A stretch of 64,000 nucleotides of DNA from Felis catus (lineage: Eukaryota), in assembly GCF_018350175.1 (NCBI RefSeq), contig NC_058368.1, positions 188,296,001-188,360,000 of the forward strand. Reading direction: 5' to 3'. Below the pieces are notes generated by a model. That model saw nothing but the letters and a program-made list of their open reading frames with translations, was not told the DNA's origin and did not search any database. Positions 12,202 to 23,950 of the stretch are shown one piece after another (position 1 is the stretch's first letter; every line of letters begins with the position of its first letter). Position numbers and translations under genes: made by a program.

Positions 12202-13417
12202 CTCCTCTTTTTCTCCCCAAGGCTGAAGTTCCACCAACTTCAGGCTCCTCCAGCAAATTCCAGATGAGTCATTTTCCAAAATCTCCTCTGTCGGTACTGC
12301 CTCTTAGTGCCAACTTCCTCTGTGCAGAAAATAAAATAAAAATAAAATAAAATAAGACATGAAATTGATGGGTCCTGCAGCCTTCTAAAAACAACTCCAT
12401 TTCATTTACGATGGTTATTGAGAATTGCTTCCAAAACCCAGGTTCTTATGGTAGTGCCCTCTACTACAAAGTTGTCATGAAGCTGAGGGCAGAGGAAGAG
12501 AGACCCCGATTGGCCCTGAATGCTGAGGGTCTTGGTCAGAAGAGCAGTTCACATCTGTGTTCATGCTTCGAGGGCCTTTCATGTCTACGACTATATCCAT
12601 TTCTCACATGTACCCTGTGGCTACATGCTATCATTATTGCCATTTCACAAGAGAGGCAACTGAGGCTCAGAAAAAGAAAAGGACTTGTAAAAAAAAAATC
12701 TAAGTTTATGTTTCAACTGGACCAAAAATCTGTGTCTCCTTGGACTTCTACTTCATTGCTTTTCTCAAGAATAGCAAATAGGATTTTCCTCATGTGCCAT
12801 TTCTAATCTATTGGTGATGGTTGACCAGTGATTTAACATTGAAAAGGATTCAAAGGCCATGCCTAGGCTGTGATTGATTAATAATGTCTGACATGCCCTG
12901 GGTAAGAAAGTGGTGGTAAATATGCCAGACATTTCCATCTTATGCTGTGTCATGATATCTATATTCTTAAACTGATCCCTGGATTCTAGCAATCTACACA
13001 GTTACATCTCAGAAGTGTCTCTTTTCATTGCAAGTAAGTTCAAATACACTTAAGCTGAAAAAGGAAATTTTATTATAAGAATACAGAAGTGTCTCTTAGA
13101 ACCAATGACCAGAAATGCTGACCGGCCTGTCGGTGGACTAAAACCAAGAACTGGATTGTCATTAGGAACCCAGGCAGACTTTGCCTGTTGCTTTCCTTGT
13201 CTCTGTCTCGTTCCCTCTCTCTAACTCTTTCTAGCCCCATCTCCACCCCCACTCCCACTCCTTCTCCTTAGTCTCCCTCTTCTCTTTCTCTCTCTCTCTC
13301 TCCTTCTGGAGCCACATGTTCATTTGTATTTGCATTTCTCTGTCCATTCTTTTCTTCTTCTTTCTCTGTGGATCAGTTTTCTCTCTTTCTCCAGGCACAT
13401 GGGATAGATTAAGAGAA

Positions 13418-13932
13418 GCTTTTTCCAATAGAAATACAATGCAAGTCACAAATATAATTTAAAAAATTTTAATAGAAACATTAAAAAAATTTTTTTAAAT
13501 GTTTACTTATTTTTTATAGAGAGAGAGAGACAGAGCATGAGTGGGGGAGGGGCAGAGAGAGAGAGGGAGACACAGAATCAGAAGCAGGCTCCAGGCTCTG
13601 AGCTGTCAGCACAGAGCCCGATGCAGGGCTCGACCTCACAGACTGGGAGATCATGACCTGAGCCCAAATCGGACACTCAACTGACTGAGCCACCCAGGCA
13701 CCCCATTGATAGAGACATTTTAAAAAGGAAAGATTAGTTTAAAAAATATACCTTTAATCAAGATATAAGTTAACGTAATCAATATAAAAAATTTAATGAG
13801 ATGTTTTGAATTTTTTACTTCATGCTAAGTCTTTAAAATCTAATGTATAGTTTACACTCACAGACAATCTCAATTTGAATGGACCATATTTCATATGACC
13901 CATGTGTAGTGGCTACCAAACTGGACAGCAAA
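13418..13932 (+). mobile_element. MER33-like hAT-Charlie non-autonomous DNA transposon, split by a SINE
   Basis: The ends tccaatagaaatacaatgcaagtcaca and gtagtggctaccaaactggacagca, and the internal catgctaagtctttaaaatc, match the recalled MER33 consensus. Confidence 0.75.
13483..13704 (-). mobile_element. CAN-SINE (SINEC_Fc-like) inserted in MER33
   Basis: Antisense head ctgactgagccacccaggcacccc. Degenerate TSD aatagaaacatt/gatagagacatt. Confidence 0.92.
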
Positions 13933-15849
13933 GACCTAGAGTTCGTATTACTTTGATTCTAGCAACAGCTGGGAATGGCTAGCATCTATGAATACCCACT
14001 TCAGGCTTTCAGGACAGAGATTCTGTTTGGCCCACATTGAGTCAGGTGTCTGTATCTCATCCAATCAGTCTTGACCAGGAAGGGAAGAATCACATCCTAT
14101 AAATATGGAGGTCGAGGGGGCAGAAAACTTGTTAGAAGAAACAGGTAGTGTCACCTGAATTCTCTAGAAGATTCCAGAAGTTCTCAATAATCTTACATTT
14201 GGGGGATATAAAACAGAAGCTCCTCAGACAAGAACAACCCAAGAAGAATGGTGTGCTGCCACCTGGGGGAAATAAACTGAGTATGCATCCCTAACTCAGT
14301 TGAGACCCAGAGCTACCTAGAGAGAAGACACATCGTGCTGGATAAACTCAGCACTGGATCAGAAGTCTGAGGCAGAGGCTGGGAAAAAGGCAGTATTATG
14401 ATCACTTTCTCAAATTCAGGACTCATCTTCAAGAGTGAATTTAATCCAGAAAGAAAATCCCATGTAGCTTGGGAATCTGCCCTGGCCCTCTGGCCCCCAG
14501 GCCTTGGGATAGAACATTTGTCGTGCCATTCGCCAACACCCAGAGCTCCCCTTTATACAGACGCCTTTCAGTTACACAAACAATTTTTGTGGGAACATCC
14601 AGTAATCTCTGGTTTTGTTTATGGAAGCTCTTCAATATGAAGAAGGCTTAAGTCCTTAATGAGAGCAGAGAAAATAGCTGTTCTTTCTCTCCTCAGGACA
14701 CTGGGACTCCGAAGGAGCATATGCCCCTTATTTAGTCAGCCACGATCATTTTATGAGGTGGTCATGTCAGCCGTTTGTCACGGATCCTCACCCAAGCATG
14801 TTCACTTAGCCCTCAGTTAATAACAGGGACAGAGAAAGTTAGCCACGACTGCACATTGCTCTGAGGAGAGCAAATGGTGGGGACAGGGTGGAAAGGCAGT
14901 AAGGTGAGATTCCCGGAAGCCTGTTTCCTTGGCTGAGGCAAGGCCCCACGGTCAGTGTTTCTCAAAGCGTAGGATTATGGCTTTCTGCTGCTTCACTGCT
15001 TTCTAAGGCTTCACGTTTTTCTTAGGGTAAAGTCCAAACTCATCACTGTGGTCCCTGCCTATCTCTCTGACATCATCACGTAGCTCACTTTAGTCCAATA
15101 CAGGTCTCCTTTCTGTTCCTTGAACACAGCAATCCATCAGAACCTCCTCTCCCCTAGCTCTGTGTGGCCATTTCACTCTCATGGTTCAAGAGATCAACTC
15201 AAATGCCAGTTCTTCAGAGAGTCTCAAGCATACAGTAATCCCCCACCCCTTTCTCCCAGCCATTCTTCAATCCATCACCCACTTCGTAACGTTCTCCCCA
15301 GGTTGAAATGATCTTATTTATTCATCATTATCTGCTCCACTGCGATAGGTAATAAGGTTCTTCAGGGTAAAGACACATCTAGTTTATTAACTGCTGAACC
15401 CCAAGGTCCAAAACAGTGGCTGGCACACAGGAGGATCTTAAGAACTATCTGTTCAGTAAGTGAATCAACTATCGGCAAGTACCTCAGACCCGCTAAAGAA
15501 TATCTTCTGGGAGCAGCGCCTGGAATCAGCATGGTTCACAAGAGCCTCAAACAATTTGTGAACACCTTGGGATTTGAAAAAAATTTATGTTGATTTTACT
15601 TACTTAGTCAACAGCCCACCTTTCTTTCTTATCCTCAACTTAAGGGTTCTGTACTACCTGACCCTGGGGAGAAATTGGAGGACATTTAAGTCTCTTCCAG
15701 CTTGGTGGCTCGATCTATCCTTCCTCAACTGTTCATTGAACAATGATGCATCAGGAGTGTGGGATAATGAGCTCAATGAGGACAAGAGTCAAGTGAGTAT
15801 TGTTCATCTTGGCACTGAGAGAGTGCCTACAATAAATACTTATTCAGTT

Positions 15850-16170
15850 TTATATATTATATAATATATAACACATGCAATATATATTAAATATATTAAA
15901 ACATATTATAATATATATTATAAAATCTATAAATATTTTATAAAATATATTAAATATATACTCTAAAATATATAATATATAAATATATCTCATAAAAATA
16001 TGTATTATAAAATACATATAAAATATATTAAATATATATTCTGAAATATATTAAATATATATCATAAAATTTATATATTATATATAACATACATAATATA
16101 TAAAAATATATTATAAAATATATTATTAGATACAGAATAGATATTATAAAATATGTATATTATAAAATAT
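15850..16170. repeat. AT-rich low-complexity (TA/ATAT-type) tract
   Basis: About 320 bp of almost only A/T, with recurring aaatatattaaatatata. Confidence 0.9.
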
Positions 16171-17232
16171 CAACTACAATAAGTATTTGTTAAATCAATT
16201 AATAAAAAAAGTCATGAGCACTAGATGACATGCTAGGCACCAAATATGACAGATCTACATACGAGTTGCTCTAAGTCTAGAGGGAAGACAAAAATGAAAA
16301 TTTGTAATTAGAATATAAGCTCTATGTACAAAGTACTGTGGGCTTCTACGTGAAGGTAAGGTTTGGGCTACATTGTTTTATTTCTTCTTCATCCCCTGTT
16401 ACGTCAACTGACCTGAAGTAAAATATTTCAGTTTTCTGGAGAGGTAGAGAAGACTGGTAGTTTGCTTCTTGGCTTCATTTTCTTACCAACTGTGGAAAAT
16501 GAAGCAAACCTCTCTAAACCTTGTTTTCCACCGTTTATGCCAACTTCATAGGGTTTAGGGAAGAGTTAGATAAATTACTTAATACACATGAAATGTTTAT
16601 CCCAGTACCTGAGACACAGTAAGCACTCAAAATCCATCAGCTATTATTATCATGTAGTTTTAAGTGCCTCTAAACCCTGTATCCAGCCTCTCTTCATGCA
16701 CATGGAAAAAATGCATTTTTACAAATTCATTTACCAATAGCTAAAGCAAAGGGGAATATCAGTCCCAGCCTCTGCCCAAGTTAATACAAATCCCAGGTTA
16801 GTGGAGTCTGAAATTACTTGGCTTTCTTCTCCTTGTAACATTGTAATTTAGAATGAGTCTGCTCCCTAGATGGGAGAGGAATTTCACTGTTACATCACGG
16901 AGAATCAGTATACCCATGTCTTGCAGAAGCATTTGCAAAGAAAAATTCTGTTACAATGAAATCACATGTTCAAACCAAAATCTTTTGTTATGTGAAACTT
17001 TGACTTTAACGAAAAAGAAATGTTAAATAGGTAGATTATTGTCCATGCCTTGGAGGGGCTTTGAATCCCTTGAAATGTGGAGACAATGGAGTTTGTTAAT
17101 AGCTCCCATTAGCCAGTAAATTCCCAGACAATAGGATCTGGACTTTGTGGTTACAGAAACCACATGTCCTAGCTTGCCAGAGACAGTCACATTTTATGCC
17201 CATCCTTACTGTTTAATTAATAATAGCACTTT

Positions 17233-17438
17233 GGGGGCACCTGGGTGGTTCAGTTGGTTAAGCCTCTGACTCTTGATTTCAGCTCAGGTCATGATCGCGC
17301 GGTTCATGGGATCGAGCCCCATGATGGGCTCTGTGCTGACACTGCACAACCCATTTGGAATTCTCTCTCCACACACCGCCCGCCCCTCCCCTGCTTCCTC
17401 TCTCTCTCTCTCAAGACACATAAATTAACATTAAAAAA
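17233..17438 (+). mobile_element. CAN-SINE
   Basis: Head gggggcacctgggtggttcagttggttaag, CT tract and A-tail. TSD taatagcacttt/taataacacttt. Confidence 0.92.
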
Positions 17439-18002
17439 ATAATAACACTTTCTTGTACTCTTAAAATTATCCGTTTGAGTGACAATTATATGGCCACCCT
17501 AGTCATGGCTCTCTGTTTCCCCAGTGGAGAACCTAAGGCCCATAATGGAGAAATAATGATGAAAACAACATTTGTAAAGCCTTGCTATGTGCCAGGCATG
17601 TCTCATCACTCACCAGGCAACATTTCATTCACTCTCCCCAGCAAGGCTCAGATAAGACTTCCAGAAGACTTGGACACAGAAGAGATTACAGTGGACTGAC
17701 TGCCTTCCAACCATATTCAACATAAAAACAACTACATGTGGTAAATCAAATAAAGAAGACTGCATGCATCTCAAAATTAAAATAGCTTCTTTCTAGATGT
17801 ATCATTGCAAAATTTGGAACTTGTTCATCAAAGCTGAACTTTTCACATTTCCTTTCCTTCCTTGCTGGTACCTTAAGCACACACTCAGTCTGCCTGAGCT
17901 CACAAATCTAGAACTGCTCGCAATGACCCAGCAAAATAGGTGTCATTGCACCCATTTCACAGATTAGACACCTAAGGTTTGGAGAAATCACCCCACTGTC
18001 AC

Positions 18003-18167
18003 ACCACTTTCTTGATTCTAAAACACCATGTTTATTCCCCTTCACATTTGAACAACTCTGGAATCAAGATGATCTCACAACCAATGAACACTTTTAGCAT
18101 AGCATTACTCCCCTGACCCAGTGATATATCTTATACCTGATGGCTTCTTAGGCTCCAGGATATATGA
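18003..18167 (+). mobile_element. MER104-like Tc2 MITE
   Basis: ttcttgattctaaaacac...ttcacatttgaacaactctggaatcaagatg...tgatggcttcttaggctcc resembles the recalled MER104 consensus. Confidence 0.45.
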
Positions 18168-18607
18168 TGAATGGTGGAGCTGACACTTGAATCTGTTCCA
18201 TAGCCTTACCCTAACCACTGCACCACACTGCACTTAATGAATGTTTATTAAATATCATTATACGTGAAGTGAAAAACTAGTAGCAACACTTAGCTGGCCA
18301 CGTGGTAGTCCCACAATTAGAAGACTCCCCACCTCTACAGTTCTCATCCTTTCAATGTCTTCTTTCTAGTATTCTGTGTAACCAGTAGGGGTGGGAATAG
18401 GAGGAGGGGGCTGAGGAGAGGGGTCCAGAGAAAGCAGGGCATAAGGGCAAGGGTCCCCAAAGGAAGTTTTCTGATCTCACATTTTGCGGGGTACAGACAC
18501 CGCAAACTGTTAGTAGATTAAGTCCTGCTTGACTTTGACCCTGGTTAATCACTCTGTCCCTCAGTTTCAGCATCTGTGAAGTGGTTACGACAAGAGCTGT
18601 GAGCCGT

Positions 18608-19158
18608 TGTTAGGAGCCAAGCTCCTAGGCCCTATGGAATGAGAGTTGGCGCAAAGAACCACACGGCACTCCGACGTCGGCAGAGAGTCTTTACTGGTGC
18701 ACCAGGGCTCCCCAGTGTTGGAAAGCGGGAGAGCCCCGATAAACGGGGTCACAGGTCTTTTATGCTATTTTGAGTCTTATTTGCATACAGGCTGGTGGTA
18801 GGCTCTCTGCTCGGTGATGGTTAGGGTTGTGGGTAGTTTCGTCCCGGGGAAGCTTGGGAAATGAAGTTTCTTTTGGCTGATGCAACTTGGAGCCCGGGCT
18901 GCGAAGCGGCTAGGGACCTTCCGGTTAGGGTTGGGCGCGTAAGCAAGATTACTATGGTTGGGCGCGTAAGCAAGATTACAGAAGCGAGAGGAAAGCGGTT
19001 ATCTATGTAGCAGCCTGTACAGCTCCCCCGGGGTCCAGATGTCTAACCGCAGAAATCCTGTTTGTTAACTAGTGGGAGTACAGGCTCTGCGAGTGAGGCG
19101 TTTACAAAGTTGAAGGTAGGGTGGGGGTGTTTTAGTAAGCTAGACCAGGGGTCTCTCA
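18608..19158 (-). mobile_element. Solo LTR of a feline gammaretroviral ERV (ERV-DC / RD-114-related, ERV1 class), 551 bp
   Basis: The minus strand starts TGAGAGACCCC and ends CTCCTAACA (TG...CA). A perfect 4-bp TSD ccgt lies at 18604-18607 and 19159-19162. U3 contains GCTACATAGATAACCGCTTTC and GTTGCATCAGCCAAAAGAAACTTCATTTCCCAAGCTT, matching my recollection of the RD-114 LTR. It has an AGTAAA polyA signal (18690-18695) and about 25 intact CpGs. No PBS or PPT flanks it. Confidence 0.9.
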
Positions 19159-19278
19159 CCGTAAAGGAACATTACAGGCAAAGCCCTTAGAACAGTGCCT
19201 GGCGTACTGTTAAGTCCTCAAGAAGTGTTATTCATTACTGCTAGTCATCTCTTGAGCCTCATTTGGGGTCACCTCCCC

Positions 19279-19279
<1 letters not shown>

Positions 19280-19322
<43 letters not shown>
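19280..19322. repeat. (CA)n microsatellite
   Basis: Read directly from the sequence. Confidence 0.95.
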
Positions 19323-19325
<3 letters not shown>

Positions 19326-20506
19326 TTCCCAGCCATATTGGATTTCTTCCAGCCATTCCAACAAGCCAAGCTCTTTATCTCTTCAAAATTTTCATACATG
19401 CTGTTCTTTCATCCTGGGATGCTCTTCCTCTCCTCTTTGAAAGGCCAATTCATGCTCATGCTTTGAGGCTTACCTTAATTATCAGCTCCTCAAAGAGGCC
19501 TTTCTCGACCCCTCTTCAAATACCGTCTCATTCTGTCCCTTCCTATTATATTTCTCTGCTTATTTCTTTCCTAGCCTTTCTTGGATCTAAAATGGTCTTA
19601 TTTATTCATTAGTTTATATACTTATCACCTGCTACCACCCCTCCCAGGAATGTTAAATGTCTTGCTAGTCATGTGTCTCTGCACCTAGCGTTGTGCCCGG
19701 CCTGATGGATGCTCAATAAAGATTTGTTGAATTGGATTTCCCAAACTCAATAAATGAAAACTTCAGATTCTAAATCCAGGTCAGGTTACAGCCAGAGGCA
19801 TGACATAGAAAGGGAAATGGTGTGCTGTACAAATGGTTTTCTTTCCCACAGGAACCTCGGTCATCGTCAAGGGCTCTGAGCCTATGACTCAGCATTCCAA
19901 CCCAGCCACCCTCTCCCCATTTATCTCCTGGCATGCATGCCCTGAAAGTAGAGTTATTGTCACACTCACGATTCGATGATTTGAGTCCCGTCCTGACACC
20001 TTGCGGAGAAACAGGAGCCCTCCGATGGACATTTGCTGAGAAAGCAAGGAAAGCTGCCTCATAAAACTCATTGTCTGTGCTGTTTGGGGAGCGACAGTTT
20101 CATAGGACGCATCACCACATGGCTTCCTGAATTGAACATATTTAAGCCAAACGTCTGTGGGATTTGGAAAACTCAAGTTGGCTTGGGGACTTTCCTGTCC
20201 TTGACAGAGACAGAGTGCAGGGTGATGAACTTTTGCATTGGTGAGAGTCACCTGCAGATCTTAGGTGAAAATGCTCCTGCCCAGCATCCCACCTCTTAAG
20301 GAATCAGTGGAGATTTCATTATAGTAGAAGCTATCAGAGTAACTTTTGTAACTGCAGACACATAGGTGCTGTGGCCAACAGCTTTACATATATTATTTGT
20401 TTTATACAACAGCAGCCCTATGATGTGGGCACTACCTTCTCCCTCTTTATAGATAAAGAACCTGGCACTGAAAGAAATTACTTTCCCCGTGCCCACGGAG
20501 CTCATG

Positions 20507-20673
20507 AGTGGAGCTATGCCAAGTGTGGTCTGTGGACCAGCAGCTTCAGCATCACCTGGAGGTTTGTTAGAAATGCAGATTCTCGGGCTCCATCTCAGAA
20601 CTCCTGACTCCAAATCTGCATTTTAACAAGATCCTCCACTGACTAATGGCACATTCAAGTTTGAGAACCCTGC
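20507..20673 (+). mobile_element. MER5A-like MITE
   Basis: aagtgtggtctgtggaccagcagcttcagcatcacctgg...ttgttagaaatgcagattctcggg...aagtttgagaaccctg. Confidence 0.8.
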
Positions 20674-20707
20674 TCTAGTTTACTTGACTCAAAGCTGGCA
20701 TCTTATT

Positions 20708-20915
20708 TTTTTAATGTTTTATTTATTTTTGAAGGAGGGAGAGACAGAGCGTGAGCAGGGAAGGGGCAGAGAGAGAGGGAGACACAGAATCCGAAGCAGG
20801 CTCCAGGCTCTGATCTGTCAACACAGAGCCTGATATGGGGCTCGAACTCACGAAATGTGAGTTCATGACCCGAGCAAAAGTCGGACGCTTAACCGACTGA
20901 GCCACCCAGAGCCCC
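20708..20915 (-). mobile_element. CAN-SINE (SINEC_Fc-like)
   Basis: Typical body. A 17-bp TSD aaagctggc(a/g)tcttatt lies at 20691-20707 and 20916-20932. Confidence 0.95.
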
Positions 20916-21949
20916 AAAGCTGGCGTCTTATTAAGAGCATGGGAGTTGGAGTCACAGACCTTAATACAGACCCAGTTTTTCTGCTCCTTAGCTGCATAAC
21001 TTTGGGAAAGTCACAAAACCTACTTAAACCTAAGTTTCCTTGTATACAAAACAGAAGTCATAATAGTAACAGTCTCCAAAGGTTGTAATGAAAATAATAC
21101 TATTACAATGCATTATTACTTTAAACACTGACACACATTTTTACAGCCATGTTTGGTTTTTCAATGAGCTTGAAGTTGTTTTAATTGTTTTAAAGCCCCC
21201 TGAGGACAAGGGACTGTTCCTTGAACTCAACCCACAGTTCCCAACTGGATATATTCATGAGCACTTGCTCAGTGATAGAGATCAGCCCCAGTCATTGTTA
21301 CTATGTTTGCATACCAAGGGAGGGAAGAAACTCTTCTTCAAGGCATAGTTTCCCTGACCCGTGCCTCACCCTGTTTCTCCATTTACAGAGAGAAGGCAGA
21401 AATGTACAGAGAAACTCCTACCAACTGCGGAAGATGAACTTTGCTTTAGAGAAAAGTTACCTTGAAAAAGAATTAAACTGGGCATCACCAGCACTTTTCC
21501 CATCTTTGTTGGTGGTCTTAGGCAAATCACTTAGTCTCTCTTGGTCTCTATTTCTCTCCCTGTTAAATAAGCAGGATGGTTGCTAACGTTTCTCCGGGCT
21601 CTTGCCAGTACTAACATTCTAATTCTGTAAATCCTTATTCAATGACTCTCAAATTGCCCACCCACCACTCTTAAGCTTCACTGTGGGATATTGATGAAGA
21701 ATGACAAGGGTCTTGCCAAATGGGAGATGCACAAAATGTATTAAATATAATATCTATAAACCATTAGAACTACTATACATTGCGTGCCTACTATGTGCCA
21801 CCCAGTAGTCTAGTGCCTGTACACAACTTTCACGGCAACCCTGAAAGGTGGGTTACTACTCTGATTTTACAGATGAGGAAACTAAGGCACAGAGAGCATA
21901 AGATGCACGCCCAAGGTCACACAGTGACATAGATAGGATTTGACCCCAG

Positions 21950-21950
<1 letters not shown>

Positions 21951-21990
<40 letters not shown>
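21951..21990. repeat. (TG)20 microsatellite
   Basis: Read directly from the sequence. Confidence 0.95.
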
Positions 21991-21991
<1 letters not shown>

Positions 21992-22113
21992 TTCAGGATA
22001 CATCATGAAGTTAAAAAAAAGGCAAAATGGTTAATAATGTGTACAATATACTACAATTTATCTAAGAAAAGGGAGATATGGATACAAGTTAGACACATGA
22101 AACATTATTTGTC

Positions 22114-22611
22114 TGTCAACCTGAAAATAAAGAGCCAACAATGAGAGGCATCAAACATTTATTTGGGATACAAAGGTTGCAACTGGGAGAGCACAGATTC
22201 CAGCAATAACCAGGAAAGTGTCTCCTGCCTGCAGGGTGAAGACGAGGAGTTTTTATGAGAAAGAGGGAGGTGGGCAATTACATGACTTGGATAAAAGAGA
22301 AACAAATTGTCAATTGGTGCTAACAGGTTGGTTACATACTGATGGACTATACTACTGATATTAAACCATTCCTGGTATGCATTAGTTAGCTATTTTGTCT
22401 TCAGAAAACCTGTACCAACAGTTTCATGGTCAGGAGGCTGCTTGTCCCATTGACTTTATGAACTACTGCCTGTAAAACCATTGCTGCTTCTGGCCTGGTC
22501 CAAGGGTCTTTATGCACAGTTCAAGAATCCATTAGCCATCTTTTCTAGCAAGGAAAATGGAGCTTTTGTCAAAACAGAGTCTGTCATGTCCAGAAACTTC
22601 ACACAATCCCA
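22114..22611 (-). mobile_element. Probable carnivore ERV1-class solo LTR
   Basis: A roughly 500-bp block with a TG left terminus (tgtcaacctgaaaa), an antisense AATAAA (tttatt near 22158) and a U3-like far end (aaaatggagc...cagagtctg). The right boundary and TSD are uncertain. Confidence 0.5.
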
Positions 22612-22979
22612 TGTGTCTATACCCATCTCAATATCGATGCAACAGAAAGATCCACTGTAAAAGTTTTTACGTGATTTCTTACAGGAAGAGGGAAGGAACC
22701 GGGTGAAAGTGACAGGGGCTTCTTTTTAATATATCTTGTTTTAAAAAGCACTCCCTAAAAATTCCAAGATCAAATGAAGCAAAGGAATTTAAATATGTAA
22801 CCAGTTGTTGGCATAATCATATGACACGTTGAAGTGTCTTTAAAGCACCACTACCTGGCTGCATGTCCCTACTAAGATTTATCCTAAGGACAAAGGACCT
22901 GGTGAAAACAACTGTCTTTAGTAATTTAACTGGTGGTGGTAGTGTTGCTAGGGTTATTCCAAGACTGTTGTGAATGTAG

Positions 22980-23950
22980 TGCGGGATAAATCGAATGAAT
23001 ACTCTTGTGAGTATCATGGAAAACCAGGACTTTCAACACAGGAGCAAAGAAATACAGATGTAAGACAGATGGTGGTAAGGAAAAACCCTCTGAATAAAAG
23101 CGATCTGTATGATGCATATCAGTATGATACATATTTCCTAGTTCTATCCACTGAAAGGGCCTAGGAACAATAATCCAGAAGTGAGTCCCGCTTGGTCTAG
23201 ATTATTATCTCTAAACTCCATTTTTCACTAAAAGAAACCAGGGCTCCTTGGAGAAATGACTGATTTCATGTCCAGGCAGAAAATGTACAAAATAAGCCTG
23301 GAAAATTTGTCACACCAGGAAGCGAGGAAGCTATCAAAGATTACTAGGATTGTGTCAAAAGGACTCGGGAACCGACTTGCAGAGGCTCCCATTCACCAAA
23401 GTTGGAATAATTTGAGCATCTAACCTGCAAATCACATCTAATGTATTTAAATTCATGATGCTTAAAAACATTTATTAATCACCCTTACACGTTGCTGTAG
23501 AATCAACATATTATTTAGAAAACTGGAAAGTAAGAGGAAAGAATTAGCATTAATTATATTTTTTGGTAAGAACTATGCCTTGACATAACCAGATAGTGGA
23601 TGAAGAGAAGTTTCTCTGCATAGAGGTATTCTAGCTAATTAAAAAAAAAAAAAAAAAGATGGAACTCAGAATTAGTCCTTCATCATTTTGCAATATGAAT
23701 CAATGGATCCAAGCAACGATCAATGACTGCTCACATTGCAGAGAAAATCAGACGCCCCAATCAAAGCACTACCAATGAAGCAGCCTTGCCAAAGAAGTGA
23801 TTGTGAGCTTAATCAAGATTCAACATCCAACTACCAAATTGCAGTAAACCCAAGGGACAGGGAATCCGCCAGATGTCACCACTGAGAGGCTGTCAGTAAG
23901 ATGGAGGTACGAGAAACCCTCCAGGACAACCCACGCAGGTTCAGAAAATC
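22980..23950 (+). mobile_element. Old L1MC-type 3' fragment
   Basis: Motifs typical of L1MC 3' ends (ttttcactaaaagaaaccagggctccttggagaaatgactgatt; tgtgtcaaaaggactc). Boundaries are approximate. Confidence 0.6.

Larger units (their letters stand above)
13010..14105 (-). mobile_element. Old MaLR LTR (MLT1K/L-like) hosting MER33 and a SINE
   Basis: Motifs cttttcattgcaagtaag...aagctgaaaaaggaaattttatt on the left and gagattctgtttggcccacattgagtcaggtg...ccaatcag on the right. Confidence 0.5.

Noticed and set aside
15850..16170. AT-rich tract as an origin or matrix-attachment region
   Set aside because: It cannot be told apart from ordinary degenerate (TA)n expansion by sequence alone.
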